A stretch of DNA of 64,000 nucleotides from a virus. The notes below the pieces were generated by a model. It was not told where the DNA came from and ran no database searches. It saw only the letters and a list, made by a program, of their open reading frames with translations. A program made the translations under genes and the position numbers. The stretch spans positions 30,281 to 94,280 of IMG/VR virus record IMGVR_UViG_3300031952_000008; one strand, 5' to 3'. This document shows positions 10,284 through 20,456 of the stretch, piece by piece (position 1 is the stretch's first letter; the number at the start of each line of letters is the position of its first letter).

Positions 10284-11420
10284 TTAGCTTTTATATGAAG
10301 GGTCGTTATCTACGACAAAGAACTTAATTCCTTTAACGAATACGTTCGTGTCGTTACCAACAATGTCCTCAGGGCCACCATTGATTGCCATATCGTCGAA
10401 GACGACTGAACCAGCAACCATTCTTATATAGTCTGGTGAGGATACTGGGCTACTAACGCTACCTATTTCTCCACCCCTTACGAAGTCTAGTACTACTTGA
10501 GGCTTTGTAAATGTAGGTTGGTCTGCGGTAGCTCCAAGAGCACCTAAGAACCTTTCATACATTTCCCTATCTTGGTAATGCATACCAAGTCTCAAAGAGT
10601 AATCTCTTCCTTTAGGATAGATTGCTTTTGCCGACCTTATACTATCATAACTAGTTGTAGTTCCACAAATATACCAGACTGCTTCACAGTTGTTATTAAC
10701 AGTTAATTCAAAACTATTAACTAAAACAAGCTGGTCACTTGCTAAATCTCCACTAGCATCTCCCACTGTTGCCTCTCCTGTAGTCATATAAATTGCTCCT
10801 TGGTAGAAGACAAATGGGTCTTGAGCTATCTCTGTTGAATAGGTTTCATCAGATGTTCCTACAATAACTCTTTTAGCCAACCAATCAACTGCAACCTTTA
10901 CAGGTTCGTCAATATTAGCAGAAAGGGTTAATCTATTAACTCTGCAACCTACATATGTTCTTTTCAAATTTAACTTTTTAGTTTCATCACTTGTAACACT
11001 TGAATCCTCGTAATCAGTAAATTCTAACTGAAAACTAGGAAAGTCGTTAATTCCAGGTGAGTTTGCACTACCCATGATATGTTTACACATACCTGCTGTT
11101 GCACTAGGGTAAAGAAGTTTTGCTCCAGAATCTATTGTATCTGTTGAAGCTGTATCTTCTCCTATTGCCTGCCTAAGGAAAGCACATCCTTGCAAGTAAT
11201 ATTCCATTGCTCCTGTAACTTCGAATTTTCCAGGAATGATTGTGTAGTAATCTCTTGTACCACCAAGTGTTTTAATTTTAAACAAATTGTTCTTTTCGCC
11301 AGGCGTGATAGATTGAACTAGTCCTAATGATTGGTCCATCGTTGAAAGATAGGAACCATATTGGTAATCAGGGACTTCGCATCTCCATCTGACGCTCTGT
11401 TTATATCCAGTTGCCGCCAT
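10284..11420 (-). CDS. Major tail (tube) protein
   Basis: 378 aa. KRTYVGCRVNRLTLSA...VKVAVDW and SFELTVNNN are typical tail-tube signatures; position fits. Confidence 0.75.
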   Translation of the reverse strand: MAATGYKQSVRWRCEVPDYQYGSYLSTMDQSLGLVQSITPGEKNNLFKIKTLGGTRDYYTIIPGKFEVTGAMEYYLQGCAFLRQAIGEDTASTDTIDSGAKLLYPSATAGMCKHIMGSANSPGINDFPSFQLEFTDYEDSSVTSDETKKLNLKRTYVGCRVNRLTLSANIDEPVKVAVDWLAKRVIVGTSDETYSTEIAQDPFVFYQGAIYMTTGEATVGDASGDLASDQLVLVNSFELTVNNNCEAVWYICGTTTSYDSIRSAKAIYPKGRDYSLRLGMHYQDREMYERFLGALGATADQPTFTKPQVVLDFVRGGEIGSVSSPVSSPDYIRMVAGSVVFDDMAINGGPEDIVGNDTNVFVKGIKFFVVDNDPSYKS

Positions 11421-11438
11421 AAATAATCATCTCTTTTA

Positions 11439-11639
11439 TTAGTAACTTTTCTTTTTACTTTTAATTTCCGCTTTAACTTCTTCTACTTTCTTAATTTCTT
11501 CAACAAACTCAAACTTGCCAGTACTAACTAAGTTACCAGCAACCTTATCATTAGTTTCATAAATTCCTCCCTTAACAACACCACAACCCAGTTTCTTATC
11601 GTACCCGGGAACTCCATCCTTATACATTATTTTTACCAT
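11439..11639 (-). CDS. Small hypothetical protein
   Basis: 66 aa with AAGGTGA RBS, inside the structural operon. Confidence 0.6.
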   Translation of the reverse strand: MVKIMYKDGVPGYDKKLGCGVVKGGIYETNDKVAGNLVSTGKFEFVEEIKKVEEVKAEIKSKKKSY

Positions 11640-11649
11640 TAAATCACCT

Positions 11650-12078
11650 TTATAATCTTATTTTGGAAAGACTTATTTGAATGTTTTCGGCCATAGTATC
11701 TTTAATATTAAGTAAAGCCATCTGGTAAGCCTGTTCCATAAAATGATAACCTTCAAAACTTTGATGTCCAAACTCAACATATTTAGCATAAGGAGCCTTA
11801 TTTTCGTCAATAAATACAAAAAATGTGTTTTCTATACCCTTAGATGCTCTATGTATATCAACCATTATACTTGCCGAAAGATTACCTGTTCTACTAATAG
11901 GACCCTTAGGATTATAAGTATTCATACTTTCCATAAGATTAATCTCAGCCGATTCGGCAATTCTTTTAGTTTCTTCAATCGCACCATCAACTATACCATT
12001 AGCTATAGCATTTTGAACAGCAATCAATCCTTTGGAAAGAGTATCCTTTTCTACCTTAAAACTTATTCCAAAAGCCAT
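11650..12078 (-). CDS. HK97 gp10-like tail completion / neck protein
   Basis: RTGNLSASI, APYAKYVEFG and HFMEQA motifs. Confidence 0.8.
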   Translation of the reverse strand: MAFGISFKVEKDTLSKGLIAVQNAIANGIVDGAIEETKRIAESAEINLMESMNTYNPKGPISRTGNLSASIMVDIHRASKGIENTFFVFIDENKAPYAKYVEFGHQSFEGYHFMEQAYQMALLNIKDTMAENIQISLSKIRL

Positions 12079-13293
12079 TTATATCGCCTGCGTGAAATAA
12101 AAATACCTAACTGTTATAAAACCATGATAAAGTTTAGTGTCCGGGTCAAAAATAATTTTACTAGTACCCAACATTTTAAATCCATCTATATATAAAGCTT
12201 GTGTAATACTCTGGTGCTCCTTTAATGCGTTCTTTATTTCCTTAAAATAATGGGAAACCAAGGTCTCATCTTGAACACTAACCCTAACACCATTAAGTCT
12301 AGTAGTAAGTTTAAAATCTTTCATTGTATAAAAATGGATGTTATAATAACAATAAGTTAGTTCGGAATAATTAGTTCCGAGGGAGATAATATCATTAGTA
12401 CCAGGAAGTTGCTCTATTTGTATTCTAGGATAGGTAGCATCTGTTCTAGGCTTATCAAAATGGCACCAAGTTGAACGAGTAGTACCACCTGCTAAAGCAC
12501 GAGGGTCAGTAAGATAAGTATTCAAAATATCTTTTATCTCAATAGCAATAGCGGCCTCATCAACATTATTACTATAATTAGCGGTAAAAGTCCAATTAGT
12601 ATTATTACCACCATCTACATTAGTATCATCATCTGCGGTTATTACAAATCCCGAAACATAACAATCTGTAGGATTGGTATAAGTAACGGTAATAGCATTA
12701 GGAATAGCAAAAATATATTGTGTTCCTAGAGTGCTGGATACGAAAGCATTAACTAATCCATAAGCTCCATTCCAATTACTTGCAGTAAGATTAGTAAAAG
12801 TAAAGGTTTGTCCAGCTCCAAACGTACCAGTAATACCATCAGTTCCGAAAACTAATCTGGAAATTGTACAAGCACCATTAATACTAAAATTACTGGTAAA
12901 AGTGCATTGAGGTAAAGCTTTAGTATTAGTAGTAATTACAGCACCATCTTTACTAAAAGCGTAAGTAGTACTAGAATTAGTAGTATGAGTACAAGTGGCG
13001 GAAAGAGTTAAGTTACCGGAAGAAACAAGAGCTGTTCCACTAAAATCTAAAACAACAGCACCTACTATTGTAATATCTCCTACCGTAAGGGTAGTAGCTC
13101 CGAAGGTTATAGTTCCTGTATAATCAGCAGTTGTAGTAATACCTGCAACAGTTATACCAGTAGAAAAAGTACAGTTTACATTACTTGTAGTATCGAATAT
13201 AAGGGTATCTGTGGCACTAAGAACTCCTAACGACCAGTTAGTTCCTAAATTTCCGTTTTCGGAACTGGAACTACTCCAAATATTGTTAACGAT
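12079..13293 (-). CDS. Putative tail terminator domain fused to a Thr/Gly-rich N-terminal beta domain (404 aa, ATC start)
   Basis: The frame of track ORF 12079..12525 stays open for 256 more codons (checked codon by codon) up to ATC at 13293, which has a GGGGA RBS and an in-frame TAA two codons upstream. C-terminal part has YPRIQI...YNIHFYT...YHGFITVRY. Confidence 0.7.
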   Translation of the reverse strand: MVNNIWSSSSSENGNLGTNWSLGVLSATDTLIFDTTSNVNCTFSTGITVAGITTTADYTGTITFGATTLTVGDITIVGAVVLDFSGTALVSSGNLTLSATCTHTTNSSTTYAFSKDGAVITTNTKALPQCTFTSNFSINGACTISRLVFGTDGITGTFGAGQTFTFTNLTASNWNGAYGLVNAFVSSTLGTQYIFAIPNAITVTYTNPTDCYVSGFVITADDDTNVDGGNNTNWTFTANYSNNVDEAAIAIEIKDILNTYLTDPRALAGGTTRSTWCHFDKPRTDATYPRIQIEQLPGTNDIISLGTNYSELTYCYYNIHFYTMKDFKLTTRLNGVRVSVQDETLVSHYFKEIKNALKEHQSITQALYIDGFKMLGTSKIIFDPDTKLYHGFITVRYFYFTQAI

Positions 13294-13337
13294 TTTTTAT
13301 TCCCCTTGGACTATTAATATGCCACTTGGCACAGAAC

Positions 13338-13511
13338 TCAACAATTCTTTTTCTTTTTAGCTAAAATATCAACATTTAAATCGGTTAACATAGTAGTTCT
13401 ATGTCTGCATCCTATATCTTCTATAGGTGTTTCCCTAAATTGCTCATCCAAATTACCGATTACTTTATCTTTGCTCATCGAGCTTTTTTTATTTAAATCA
13501 GATTTGACCAT
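13338..13511 (-). CDS. Small hypothetical protein (57 aa)
   Basis: AAGGTGA RBS, then MVKSDLNKKSSMSKDKVIG...; below the track cut-off. Confidence 0.55.
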   Translation of the reverse strand: MVKSDLNKKSSMSKDKVIGNLDEQFRETPIEDIGCRHRTTMLTDLNVDILAKKKKNC

Positions 13512-13545
13512 TATTTTTCACCTTAAAGATATTATTTATAATATC

Positions 13546-14181
13546 TCAAACAGTTGATAAGTATTTATTTCTTTGGAATTGTTGAGTTAAACTAAACATA
13601 TTAGTATCGTAATCCTCGTCCCAATCAAGATATTTGTCAGTTAATTGCATTTCTATCTTTTGACGGATAAGGTCTTCATATTCCTTACGCCTATCCTTTA
13701 TAACTTGTAATTCCTTACTTGTTTTATCCCCACTCATAGTGTCGGATTTTTCAAGTAATTTCTCGGCTGTTCTAATAGCACAAAGCTTTTTGTAAGGCAT
13801 ACCAGCAAACCAAATAATAACTTCTGAATCATCTGCGATTGCAACCCCACCTAAAGTGGTAGAGCTTTGCATTTTAACAATTCCAGCCCCAGTGGCAACC
13901 ACATAATCCGTGGAAGATTCTAACTCAGTTTTGGTCGCAGTACCCATATAAACTTTGTCCACTCTTTCTATAGACCTTTCTCCTAAATAAAATTTAGTAT
14001 AATAATCATTAGTAGTATCATCTCTATCCACTTCTGATATAATGGATTGTAATGGATTACCATATTCATCATAAATATATTGTGTTTGTTCGGCTATTTC
14101 ATAACCTATATCAGTAGTTCCATACCTACCTACACAGTCTATAATTCTCATAACGTCCGTTGTGCTACAAAGGTCTTGCAT
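13546..14181 (-). CDS. Putative head-tail adaptor
   Basis: Position between head and tail genes; MQDLCSTTDV start resembles adaptor N-termini. Confidence 0.5.
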   Translation of the reverse strand: MQDLCSTTDVMRIIDCVGRYGTTDIGYEIAEQTQYIYDEYGNPLQSIISEVDRDDTTNDYYTKFYLGERSIERVDKVYMGTATKTELESSTDYVVATGAGIVKMQSSTTLGGVAIADDSEVIIWFAGMPYKKLCAIRTAEKLLEKSDTMSGDKTSKELQVIKDRRKEYEDLIRQKIEMQLTDKYLDWDEDYDTNMFSLTQQFQRNKYLSTV

Positions 14182-14350
14182 TGTTGTTACCCAATAGTAA
14201 TAATAGATGTTCTAGTATATAAACATATCTATTTAATCTTTATAAGGACTACCCTTACTTTTCTCATAATCCCCTATATCTCCCTCTACAACATCCTTCT
14301 CTTCTACATTTCCAAATACATTCTTTCTAGTTTTAGCCATAATAGTCACC

Positions 14351-14599
14351 TTAAAAAAATAATATCTTTATAAATATACTAAAAAAAGCAGTAGCAATAG
14401 TACCACCTATAATCCTAATCCAATAAATATCCTTAGCATTCTTAACATGACACTCAGATAGTTCAATGGTTTTATCGTGGATTTTATCTACTTTACTACA
14501 AAGATACATTAACATATCACGGTCTGTATAACCTGAGTTTCCATTAACTCGCTTAAATTCACTAACTTCAGCTTTTAAAGTCATTTTAGTCAGGGTCAT
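14351..14599 (-). CDS. Small coiled-coil protein with C-terminal TM helix (XhlA/holin-like architecture)
   Basis: Ends WIRIIGGTIATAFFSIFIKILFF. Confidence 0.5.
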   Translation of the reverse strand: MTLTKMTLKAEVSEFKRVNGNSGYTDRDMLMYLCSKVDKIHDKTIELSECHVKNAKDIYWIRIIGGTIATAFFSIFIKILFF

Positions 14600-14927
14600 A
14601 CTTGCTATATGTTATGTTAAAATCAAATGTCTCACAACTTGAAACGTTATAAACCACTACATTCATAGGAGAACCATTTGCTGCCCAACCAGTCCTATCT
14701 GCATAATACCCTGTCTGTTGTGCTGTTAATAAATTAGTCAACCCAGCTTTATCAACAACTTTAACAATAAACTTATTTGTTGGTATACTTGCTTTTATAT
14801 TAAACTGTTTTATATCTCCACATATACCCGAAACAATTACCGAACTAACACTGCTTCCTGCAAAGGAGGCAATAGTTGCCGTAGTAAGTTTACTAGGATA
14901 TGTCGCCATAATGCTATTATCTGCCAT
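14586..14927 (-). CDS. Hypothetical beta-rich virion protein
   Basis: AAGGTG RBS before MADNS; inside the structural operon. Confidence 0.5.
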   Translation of the reverse strand: MADNSIMATYPSKLTTATIASFAGSSVSSVIVSGICGDIKQFNIKASIPTNKFIVKVVDKAGLTNLLTAQQTGYYADRTGWAANGSPMNVVVYNVSSCETFDFNITYSKYDPD

Positions 14928-14954
14928 AAATGACACCTTTTTATTATTTAAAAA

Positions 14955-15983
14955 TTATAACTCTTCAGGCTTTAATTCATAACTCCCCTGTTCTAAAAAA
15001 TCAATAAATCTATTTTTACACTGTTCATGTGAATAGTATTCAACCTTTTCCTGTGCGGTTTCTATAACCTTCTTTCTAAACTCAGGGTCATTTAAAACCT
15101 TTTTCAAAAGTTCTCTACCAGCCTTGACATCCAATGGGTCAAATGTAGTATAAGGATAGCATCTTCTACAACTTTCTACCCTTTCACTTCCGATAACTGG
15201 AACTCCCATAGCGGCACAATCAATAGTAGTCCTACCATGACTTGTAAGAGTGAACGGTTCTATTACCACTAATGATTCTTGAAGTTCGTCGCAAAAATCT
15301 AAATAATTTGTAGCTCCCAACATCTCATCAAAATAGGTAGATGTACAAAACTTTTTTCTATCGGCATTTTCTTCATAACCAATTAATCTTATCTTATATC
15401 CTAAATCTTTAGGAATAAGTGAAGGTAGCATTGAAAATGTATCATATCTATGCCAAACAATCGTTATAACTGGCAAAGTTCTTTTTGGCTTTAACGATTT
15501 AAGTCTTTTAGTATGACAAGGATGAGGAGTGGTATGCACTTTCCTTCCTATCATTAATTCCAAAGCATTACTCATATGATGTTCTGTTCCGAAAATCATA
15601 TCAGCTCCTTTAAGCCCATCTTTTAAGGCCTGAAGGTAGTCAAAACTTGTTTGCCAAAGCTCAACAGTATAATCAAGGTTGGCTACTATTTTAGTATGTG
15701 TATTACCAGCCTTATTAAGCATTTCTCTAATTCGATTAACTAAGTGCCAATCTTGAACGCTTAAGTTAACCTGTATAACATCGTAATCGGTAGCTAATTT
15801 ATCTTTTACTTCATTGAAAAGAGCGACTTCGCCTTTCCAAACTTGTGCCCACTGGTAACTTCCTGTTCTTAAATAAAATTCTTGCTCAACAAGTCTTTGA
15901 TGACGATACCAAGTGCATTGTACCCAACGTAATGTACCATCCATTGCTTTCTCCCTTAACGTCTTTTCGTTATTTACATCCAT
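14955..15983 (-). CDS. GT-B fold (GT4-like) glycosyltransferase inside the head module
   Basis: C-terminal ...SLVVIEPFTLTSHGRTTIDCAAMGVPVIG resembles the GT4 E-x7-E region. Confidence 0.65.
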   Translation of the reverse strand: MDVNNEKTLREKAMDGTLRWVQCTWYRHQRLVEQEFYLRTGSYQWAQVWKGEVALFNEVKDKLATDYDVIQVNLSVQDWHLVNRIREMLNKAGNTHTKIVANLDYTVELWQTSFDYLQALKDGLKGADMIFGTEHHMSNALELMIGRKVHTTPHPCHTKRLKSLKPKRTLPVITIVWHRYDTFSMLPSLIPKDLGYKIRLIGYEENADRKKFCTSTYFDEMLGATNYLDFCDELQESLVVIEPFTLTSHGRTTIDCAAMGVPVIGSERVESCRRCYPYTTFDPLDVKAGRELLKKVLNDPEFRKKVIETAQEKVEYYSHEQCKNRFIDFLEQGSYELKPEEL

Positions 15984-16630
15984 TATTCATCACCTTTAAC
16001 TAACAACCATTTACTCCATTTTCTTTCTAAACTTATACATCCTGGTTGATATAACCACTCACATAACTTCCTTATACTATCCTTCTTAATATATTCTAAT
16101 ATATAAATGCTTGTATTTTTTCTAAACTTACCATCAATACCTAACTTTTCTTTAATTAATTCCTTAATTCTTTTTATGAATTGCTCATTACCAACCATAT
16201 TTAGATAAAATAATGGTTTTTTATATCTTTTATCATTTAAAAAATATAAACTTCCATCTCCATCAATATATCCTCGGATATAATCTTTAATATACTCATC
16301 CGGAATTATTGTAGGAAAATTGAGTGTGAATGTTTTTCTTGGAGTTATTCCATAACCGATTAACAATTCTACTAATTCTTTTGAATTACAACTATATTTA
16401 ATAGCTTTAATTCCTTTATATTCATCTTCCGAAATAGGAGATAAACATAGTTTTTCTCTTAACTTATTAAGATGTTCCTTATCTTTCGGATTTAAATGTA
16501 GTGATAATCTATAACAAGTATATTTTTCTTTTTCATACTGAACACATCCATCCGCACTTATAAATCCTAACCAATAACAGCTTTCGGATGTTAAGTTCCT
16601 AAAAAAGTCAATATTAACTTCATATTTAAT
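15983..16630 (-). CDS. Double-motif LAGLIDADG homing endonuclease (ATT start)
   Basis: Second motif YIRGYIDGDGS is in the track ORF; first motif YWLGFISADG is in the in-frame upstream extension. ATT at 16630 follows GGAAGGTG. Confidence 0.85.
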   Translation of the reverse strand: MKYEVNIDFFRNLTSESCYWLGFISADGCVQYEKEKYTCYRLSLHLNPKDKEHLNKLREKLCLSPISEDEYKGIKAIKYSCNSKELVELLIGYGITPRKTFTLNFPTIIPDEYIKDYIRGYIDGDGSLYFLNDKRYKKPLFYLNMVGNEQFIKRIKELIKEKLGIDGKFRKNTSIYILEYIKKDSIRKLCEWLYQPGCISLERKWSKWLLVKGDE

Positions 16631-16683
16631 AAAACAACACCTTCCTATTTAATAATCTTTACAAAACTTTACAATGACTTTAC

Positions 16684-17334
16684 TTAGTTATTTTGTCCAC
16701 CAATACTATATTTGGTCTTATACTTTATCCTTAAAGTTATTGCATCTTCCATTAGTGTTGGATGTATGGTATTATAACCATTTGAACCGACTGGAATAGC
16801 TGTTGTTCCACATGCTGTTCCTTGGGTAAAGGTTATTATATCATCACTTGTTGCAATAGGGTAAGGTAACCCGATTATATCTCCCCAACTAAGTCCTATA
16901 TCACTGCTAGAACTTGCACTACCAACTCTCTGTGAGATTGTTGATATAAATGCAAATGCTTGTCTTGTTGATGTAGTAGCATCTGAAACGCTAGGTACAT
17001 ACAAAGTTTCCTGAATATGGTTTCCCATAGCATTATATCCTTTAAAAGTCAATGGGTCATGGTCTGCATCTGTATGTCCTGTTTCTGCTCCATTTGCACA
17101 AACAACTAAGTTAAGTGCGTAAGGAGGCTGTTTCGCAAATGACGAACAAGTCATTGCACTAATATCTGCCGTTCCAATTCCTTTTAAAACATATCCTGTT
17201 AGGATTGCTCCTGTACTAACTGCGGAAGCTTGTAGTATTGAATATTCAACTACTGCATTTGGCTCTCCACTTTCATCAGCGATTGTTAGTTTTTTAACAA
17301 CCAAACCACCATCCCTATATCCATAATTCGCCAT
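16684..17334 (-). CDS. Putative capsid decoration / minor virion protein
   Basis: Ser/Thr/Gly-rich, 216 aa, just downstream of the capsid gene. Confidence 0.45.
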   Translation of the reverse strand: MANYGYRDGGLVVKKLTIADESGEPNAVVEYSILQASAVSTGAILTGYVLKGIGTADISAMTCSSFAKQPPYALNLVVCANGAETGHTDADHDPLTFKGYNAMGNHIQETLYVPSVSDATTSTRQAFAFISTISQRVGSASSSSDIGLSWGDIIGLPYPIATSDDIITFTQGTACGTTAIPVGSNGYNTIHPTLMEDAITLRIKYKTKYSIGGQNN

Positions 17335-17395
17335 TATTATTCACCTGTTTTAACGGTCTAACGACCGTTGCATTGCAACGTTAAAACGTTAATTA

Positions 17396-17626
17396 TTACT
17401 TCTTCTTTACTTTTTTAATTACTTCTTTCACTTTTTCCAAAACAGCAACTTTTTCAACTGGTTTTTCAACCTTTTTCTCAACGACAACTTCTTGTTTTTG
17501 AGGGATTTCTTCATTTTTTACCTCTCTAATAAAAATAGGGTCTAACCTTCTTTGTTGATACAAAGATAACTTATCCCATTCTTCTTTTGTTATTCTTATC
17601 TTCTCATATAATCTCATAACAATCAC
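17396..17626 (-). CDS. Small Lys/Glu-rich hypothetical protein
   Basis: ORF track; follows the capsid gene. Confidence 0.55.
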   Translation of the reverse strand: MIVMRLYEKIRITKEEWDKLSLYQQRRLDPIFIREVKNEEIPQKQEVVVEKKVEKPVEKVAVLEKVKEVIKKVKKK

Positions 17627-17627
17627 C

Positions 17628-17655
17628 TAAAAATAAAAAGGAGGCCGAAGCCTCC
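17628..17655 (-). terminator. Hairpin with U-tract after the major capsid gene
   Basis: Minus strand reads GGAGGC-TTCG-GCCTCC-TTTTTATTTTT (UUCG tetraloop). Confidence 0.8.
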
Positions 17656-17676
17656 CAAAAAAGACTTACTCTTTAT

Positions 17677-18708
17677 TTAAGCATCTGAAAAACATCCAAA
17701 ACAAATTGCACATGCATTTATTCTAGACATTTTATACCAAGCGTCCAATAGAACCTTGTGAACTCTCTCATCATCCCAAGTTTCTACTTTGACCTTAGCT
17801 TTCTCTTTCCAAACAATACAAGCAGCAGCAGTAGGGTCTATCATGTAACTGACGTGACCTGTTGCTCCCCAAGCGTCACAGCTAGAGTTTGTTGTGAACA
17901 ATGTGCTTGTTGATATAAGTGTTGAAACTTCTATCTTACAACCTACATATGTTTCAATAACTCCTGACTGAACGATTCCACCTGCACCATACTCAGCAGC
18001 GTTTGTGAACTGAGATGATTTAAGCAAGTACTTGTACTGGGTTGGATGTACAAAAAGTACAGCCTGTCCTGGTCTTTTTGCAAAGTTCTTTTTTTGCAAT
18101 TCGATTTTCATATCGACTACTTTATCAACAGTGATAACATCTCCTGTTGCTAGTTCATCTGTGTCAGCAGCGTCTCCACCATAAACTTCTGAAGCTCCTG
18201 TAGTTCCTCTTCCTGACCATGCTCCTTCTAGACATTTGTTAGCATCTGTTTCTATAGTTTCTAGATACTGTTGAACAAGCATCCTGTGTGCCATTTCAAC
18301 TAGTGAAACTCTTGTACCACTTGCTGTCTCGAATGATATACCGCATCCACCTAGTTTAACATCCCTAGCTGTTAGATAAACGGTTACGTTATCAGCAGTG
18401 TCGAAATTAACTAGTGTTCTTGTCTTACCTTCTGTGTAAGCTGTTCTTCCACCCATTAGGTCTACATCTCCTATTTTAGGCAATACGAATGTTAGGTCGT
18501 TATTTCCCATTAGGTCTGTAAACTCAAGGAAGTACTTTGACAAAACTCTATCAGGCTGAGCATCAAATATGATTCTCTCAGACCATGTTTTTCCCATGAT
18601 GGATGAGATACCTGTGGTAAGACCACTAGCTACTCCGCCTACCCATGGACCAAAACCAGAACCGATATCGGTTACTGGTGATATGTCTAATTGTTCTTTA
18701 GATGGCAT
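17677..18708 (-). CDS. Major capsid protein (HK97 fold)
   Basis: 343 aa after the scaffold. LFVHPTQYKYLLKS..F, G.I.TYVGCKI and the C-terminal pattern fit; GAGGT RBS. Confidence 0.88.
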   Translation of the reverse strand: MPSKEQLDISPVTDIGSGFGPWVGGVASGLTTGISSIMGKTWSERIIFDAQPDRVLSKYFLEFTDLMGNNDLTFVLPKIGDVDLMGGRTAYTEGKTRTLVNFDTADNVTVYLTARDVKLGGCGISFETASGTRVSLVEMAHRMLVQQYLETIETDANKCLEGAWSGRGTTGASEVYGGDAADTDELATGDVITVDKVVDMKIELQKKNFAKRPGQAVLFVHPTQYKYLLKSSQFTNAAEYGAGGIVQSGVIETYVGCKIEVSTLISTSTLFTTNSSCDAWGATGHVSYMIDPTAAACIVWKEKAKVKVETWDDERVHKVLLDAWYKMSRINACAICFGCFSDA

Positions 18709-18726
18709 ATTAATTACCTCGTATAT

Positions 18727-19521
18727 TTAGTAAACTCGTACGGATTTATTTCCGAAAACTCCTTCTTTACCTTGCTGTTTAGCCATTTCATCACAAATTT
18801 CTGTGAAGAAAGGTTTTGGTTTTACTAATGCTTCTGGTTTCTTCTCTTCTAGTTTTTCAGTTGCCACAGCCTGTGAAGGATGTGTTATTGTTTCTCCAAG
18901 TTTCTCATTTTGTCTCTTAGCACTCAAACCTGCATTTACCACTTGTTCAAACTCTGAAATCATTGCCACTGGCAACGCTTTTAATTGTTCTACACTCTTA
19001 TCTTGTCCAAGTTGTTTAAAACTAGCACTTAGTTTCTCCAGTCTCTTACATAGTTCAGTTTCTTCAATTTTTGCTAATTTCTCTTGAGATTCTTTCAGTT
19101 GTGCCGAAAGTGTCTCTTTTTCTTTGGAAAAGGTATCTACCTTACTAAGCAATTCAGTATTAGAATTTTTAAGTTCTGAAGACTCCTTACCCAACTTTTC
19201 CATATCAACATAAACTTTTGCAAGTTCTTCCCTTGTTTCTTTTATTATGGAAAGTTGTTCCTTAAGTTTTTCAATAGATAATTGTTCCTTTGCAGGTTCA
19301 ACTACTGGTTCTACCTTAAGAACTTCTTTAGGAGCTTCCACTACTTTCTCAGATAATTGTTCAGTTTTTACTTCTTCAACCTTAATAGCAGAATTTTGTT
19401 CTACCTTTACTTCTGCCGTGATAGGTTGAACAACAATAGTTTCATTATTCATAATTCCACCCATATTTTCATCCTTAACGCCAGAAGCATCAAGAATATC
19501 CAATTTACCATCACTATTCAT
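18727..19521 (-). CDS. Capsid scaffolding protein
   Basis: Glu/Lys-rich coiled coil between protease and capsid genes; the start may be internal (19452). Confidence 0.7.
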   Translation of the reverse strand: MNSDGKLDILDASGVKDENMGGIMNNETIVVQPITAEVKVEQNSAIKVEEVKTEQLSEKVVEAPKEVLKVEPVVEPAKEQLSIEKLKEQLSIIKETREELAKVYVDMEKLGKESSELKNSNTELLSKVDTFSKEKETLSAQLKESQEKLAKIEETELCKRLEKLSASFKQLGQDKSVEQLKALPVAMISEFEQVVNAGLSAKRQNEKLGETITHPSQAVATEKLEEKKPEALVKPKPFFTEICDEMAKQQGKEGVFGNKSVRVY

Positions 19522-19522
19522 T

Positions 19523-19828
19523 TTACTTACCCCTTAAAAAAGAATCTAACTTAGATTTAAAATCTTCTTTATGTTTAAAATCTATCGGTTTAACTTTTTC
19601 ATCTTTTAAAAAGTTTTGAACGTTATTATCTAAATCGCCTTCAATAACTTCAGCACTATGACTCTCCCTATATTTTTTTACAGCCGCATTAGCAGTAGCA
19701 AAAGATTTACCTTCATCACCATTATATTCTTTATAAGCGGCATTAAAAGCACTCATCCAAATTCTTTTAAGATTTGATGGCAACTTCTTAACGAATGGAG
19801 GTAGCTCACTCTCATTTGTATATGGCAT
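19523..19828 (-). CDS. ChaB-family protein
   Basis: MPY..ESELP..VKKLP...KRIWMSAFNAAY...DEGKSFATANAAVK matches the ChaB pattern. Confidence 0.85.
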   Translation of the reverse strand: MPYTNESELPPFVKKLPSNLKRIWMSAFNAAYKEYNGDEGKSFATANAAVKKYRESHSAEVIEGDLDNNVQNFLKDEKVKPIDFKHKEDFKSKLDSFLRGK

Positions 19829-19841
19829 AATAAATCACCTT

Positions 19842-20456
19842 TTATTTTAAATCTACTTCGATTTTGTTACCAGTAACGGCACCATGAATAACTGTAGATA
19901 GTTCAGTAAAAGTAAGACCTTTACCAACTAATCCTCTTGCAGGGTCCATATATTCTTGTTCGCTATAAACACTTGCACTAACTTCATTGATTAAACCATC
20001 AAGAATATTTCTTGCTGTAGTTTCATCATTAATATGTCCCCACCATCTTATTCCGGCCTTTAATCCGTTAGGTGTTGGTATACCATTGTCAAAAGCTATC
20101 TTATCAACAACTCCGACAATAACAGAAGTTTCTTCATCTCTATGGTCAGAAATGATTGGAAATCTTTGGTTAACAGGATTATCTACTGCTTTAAGCATTT
20201 CTTCCTTTGTATAAAACCTTCTTTGAGGTCTTCCTTCTACCAAGAATATTCCTTTAACTTTAAGAGGTAGTTTAAATCCGCTAGATAAAGATTCTGCTGT
20301 TTCAAAATCTGTAGATAACTTTTCAGGTATATTATTTTTTATAACTTGTTCTGCCATATCCAATTTTAACATCATACTGGCTCGTAGTAATTCCTGAGAC
20401 AACCTAAGTTGTTCCATTATTAGTTCTTCTTCCTTTTTATATAATTTTTCTATCAT
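19842..20456 (-). CDS. Prohead maturation protease
   Basis: PIISDH...IVGVV (His), GLINEVSAS (Ser) and FTELSTV motifs; lies between portal and scaffold. Confidence 0.75.
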   Translation of the reverse strand: MIEKLYKKEEELIMEQLRLSQELLRASMMLKLDMAEQVIKNNIPEKLSTDFETAESLSSGFKLPLKVKGIFLVEGRPQRRFYTKEEMLKAVDNPVNQRFPIISDHRDEETSVIVGVVDKIAFDNGIPTPNGLKAGIRWWGHINDETTARNILDGLINEVSASVYSEQEYMDPARGLVGKGLTFTELSTVIHGAVTGNKIEVDLK

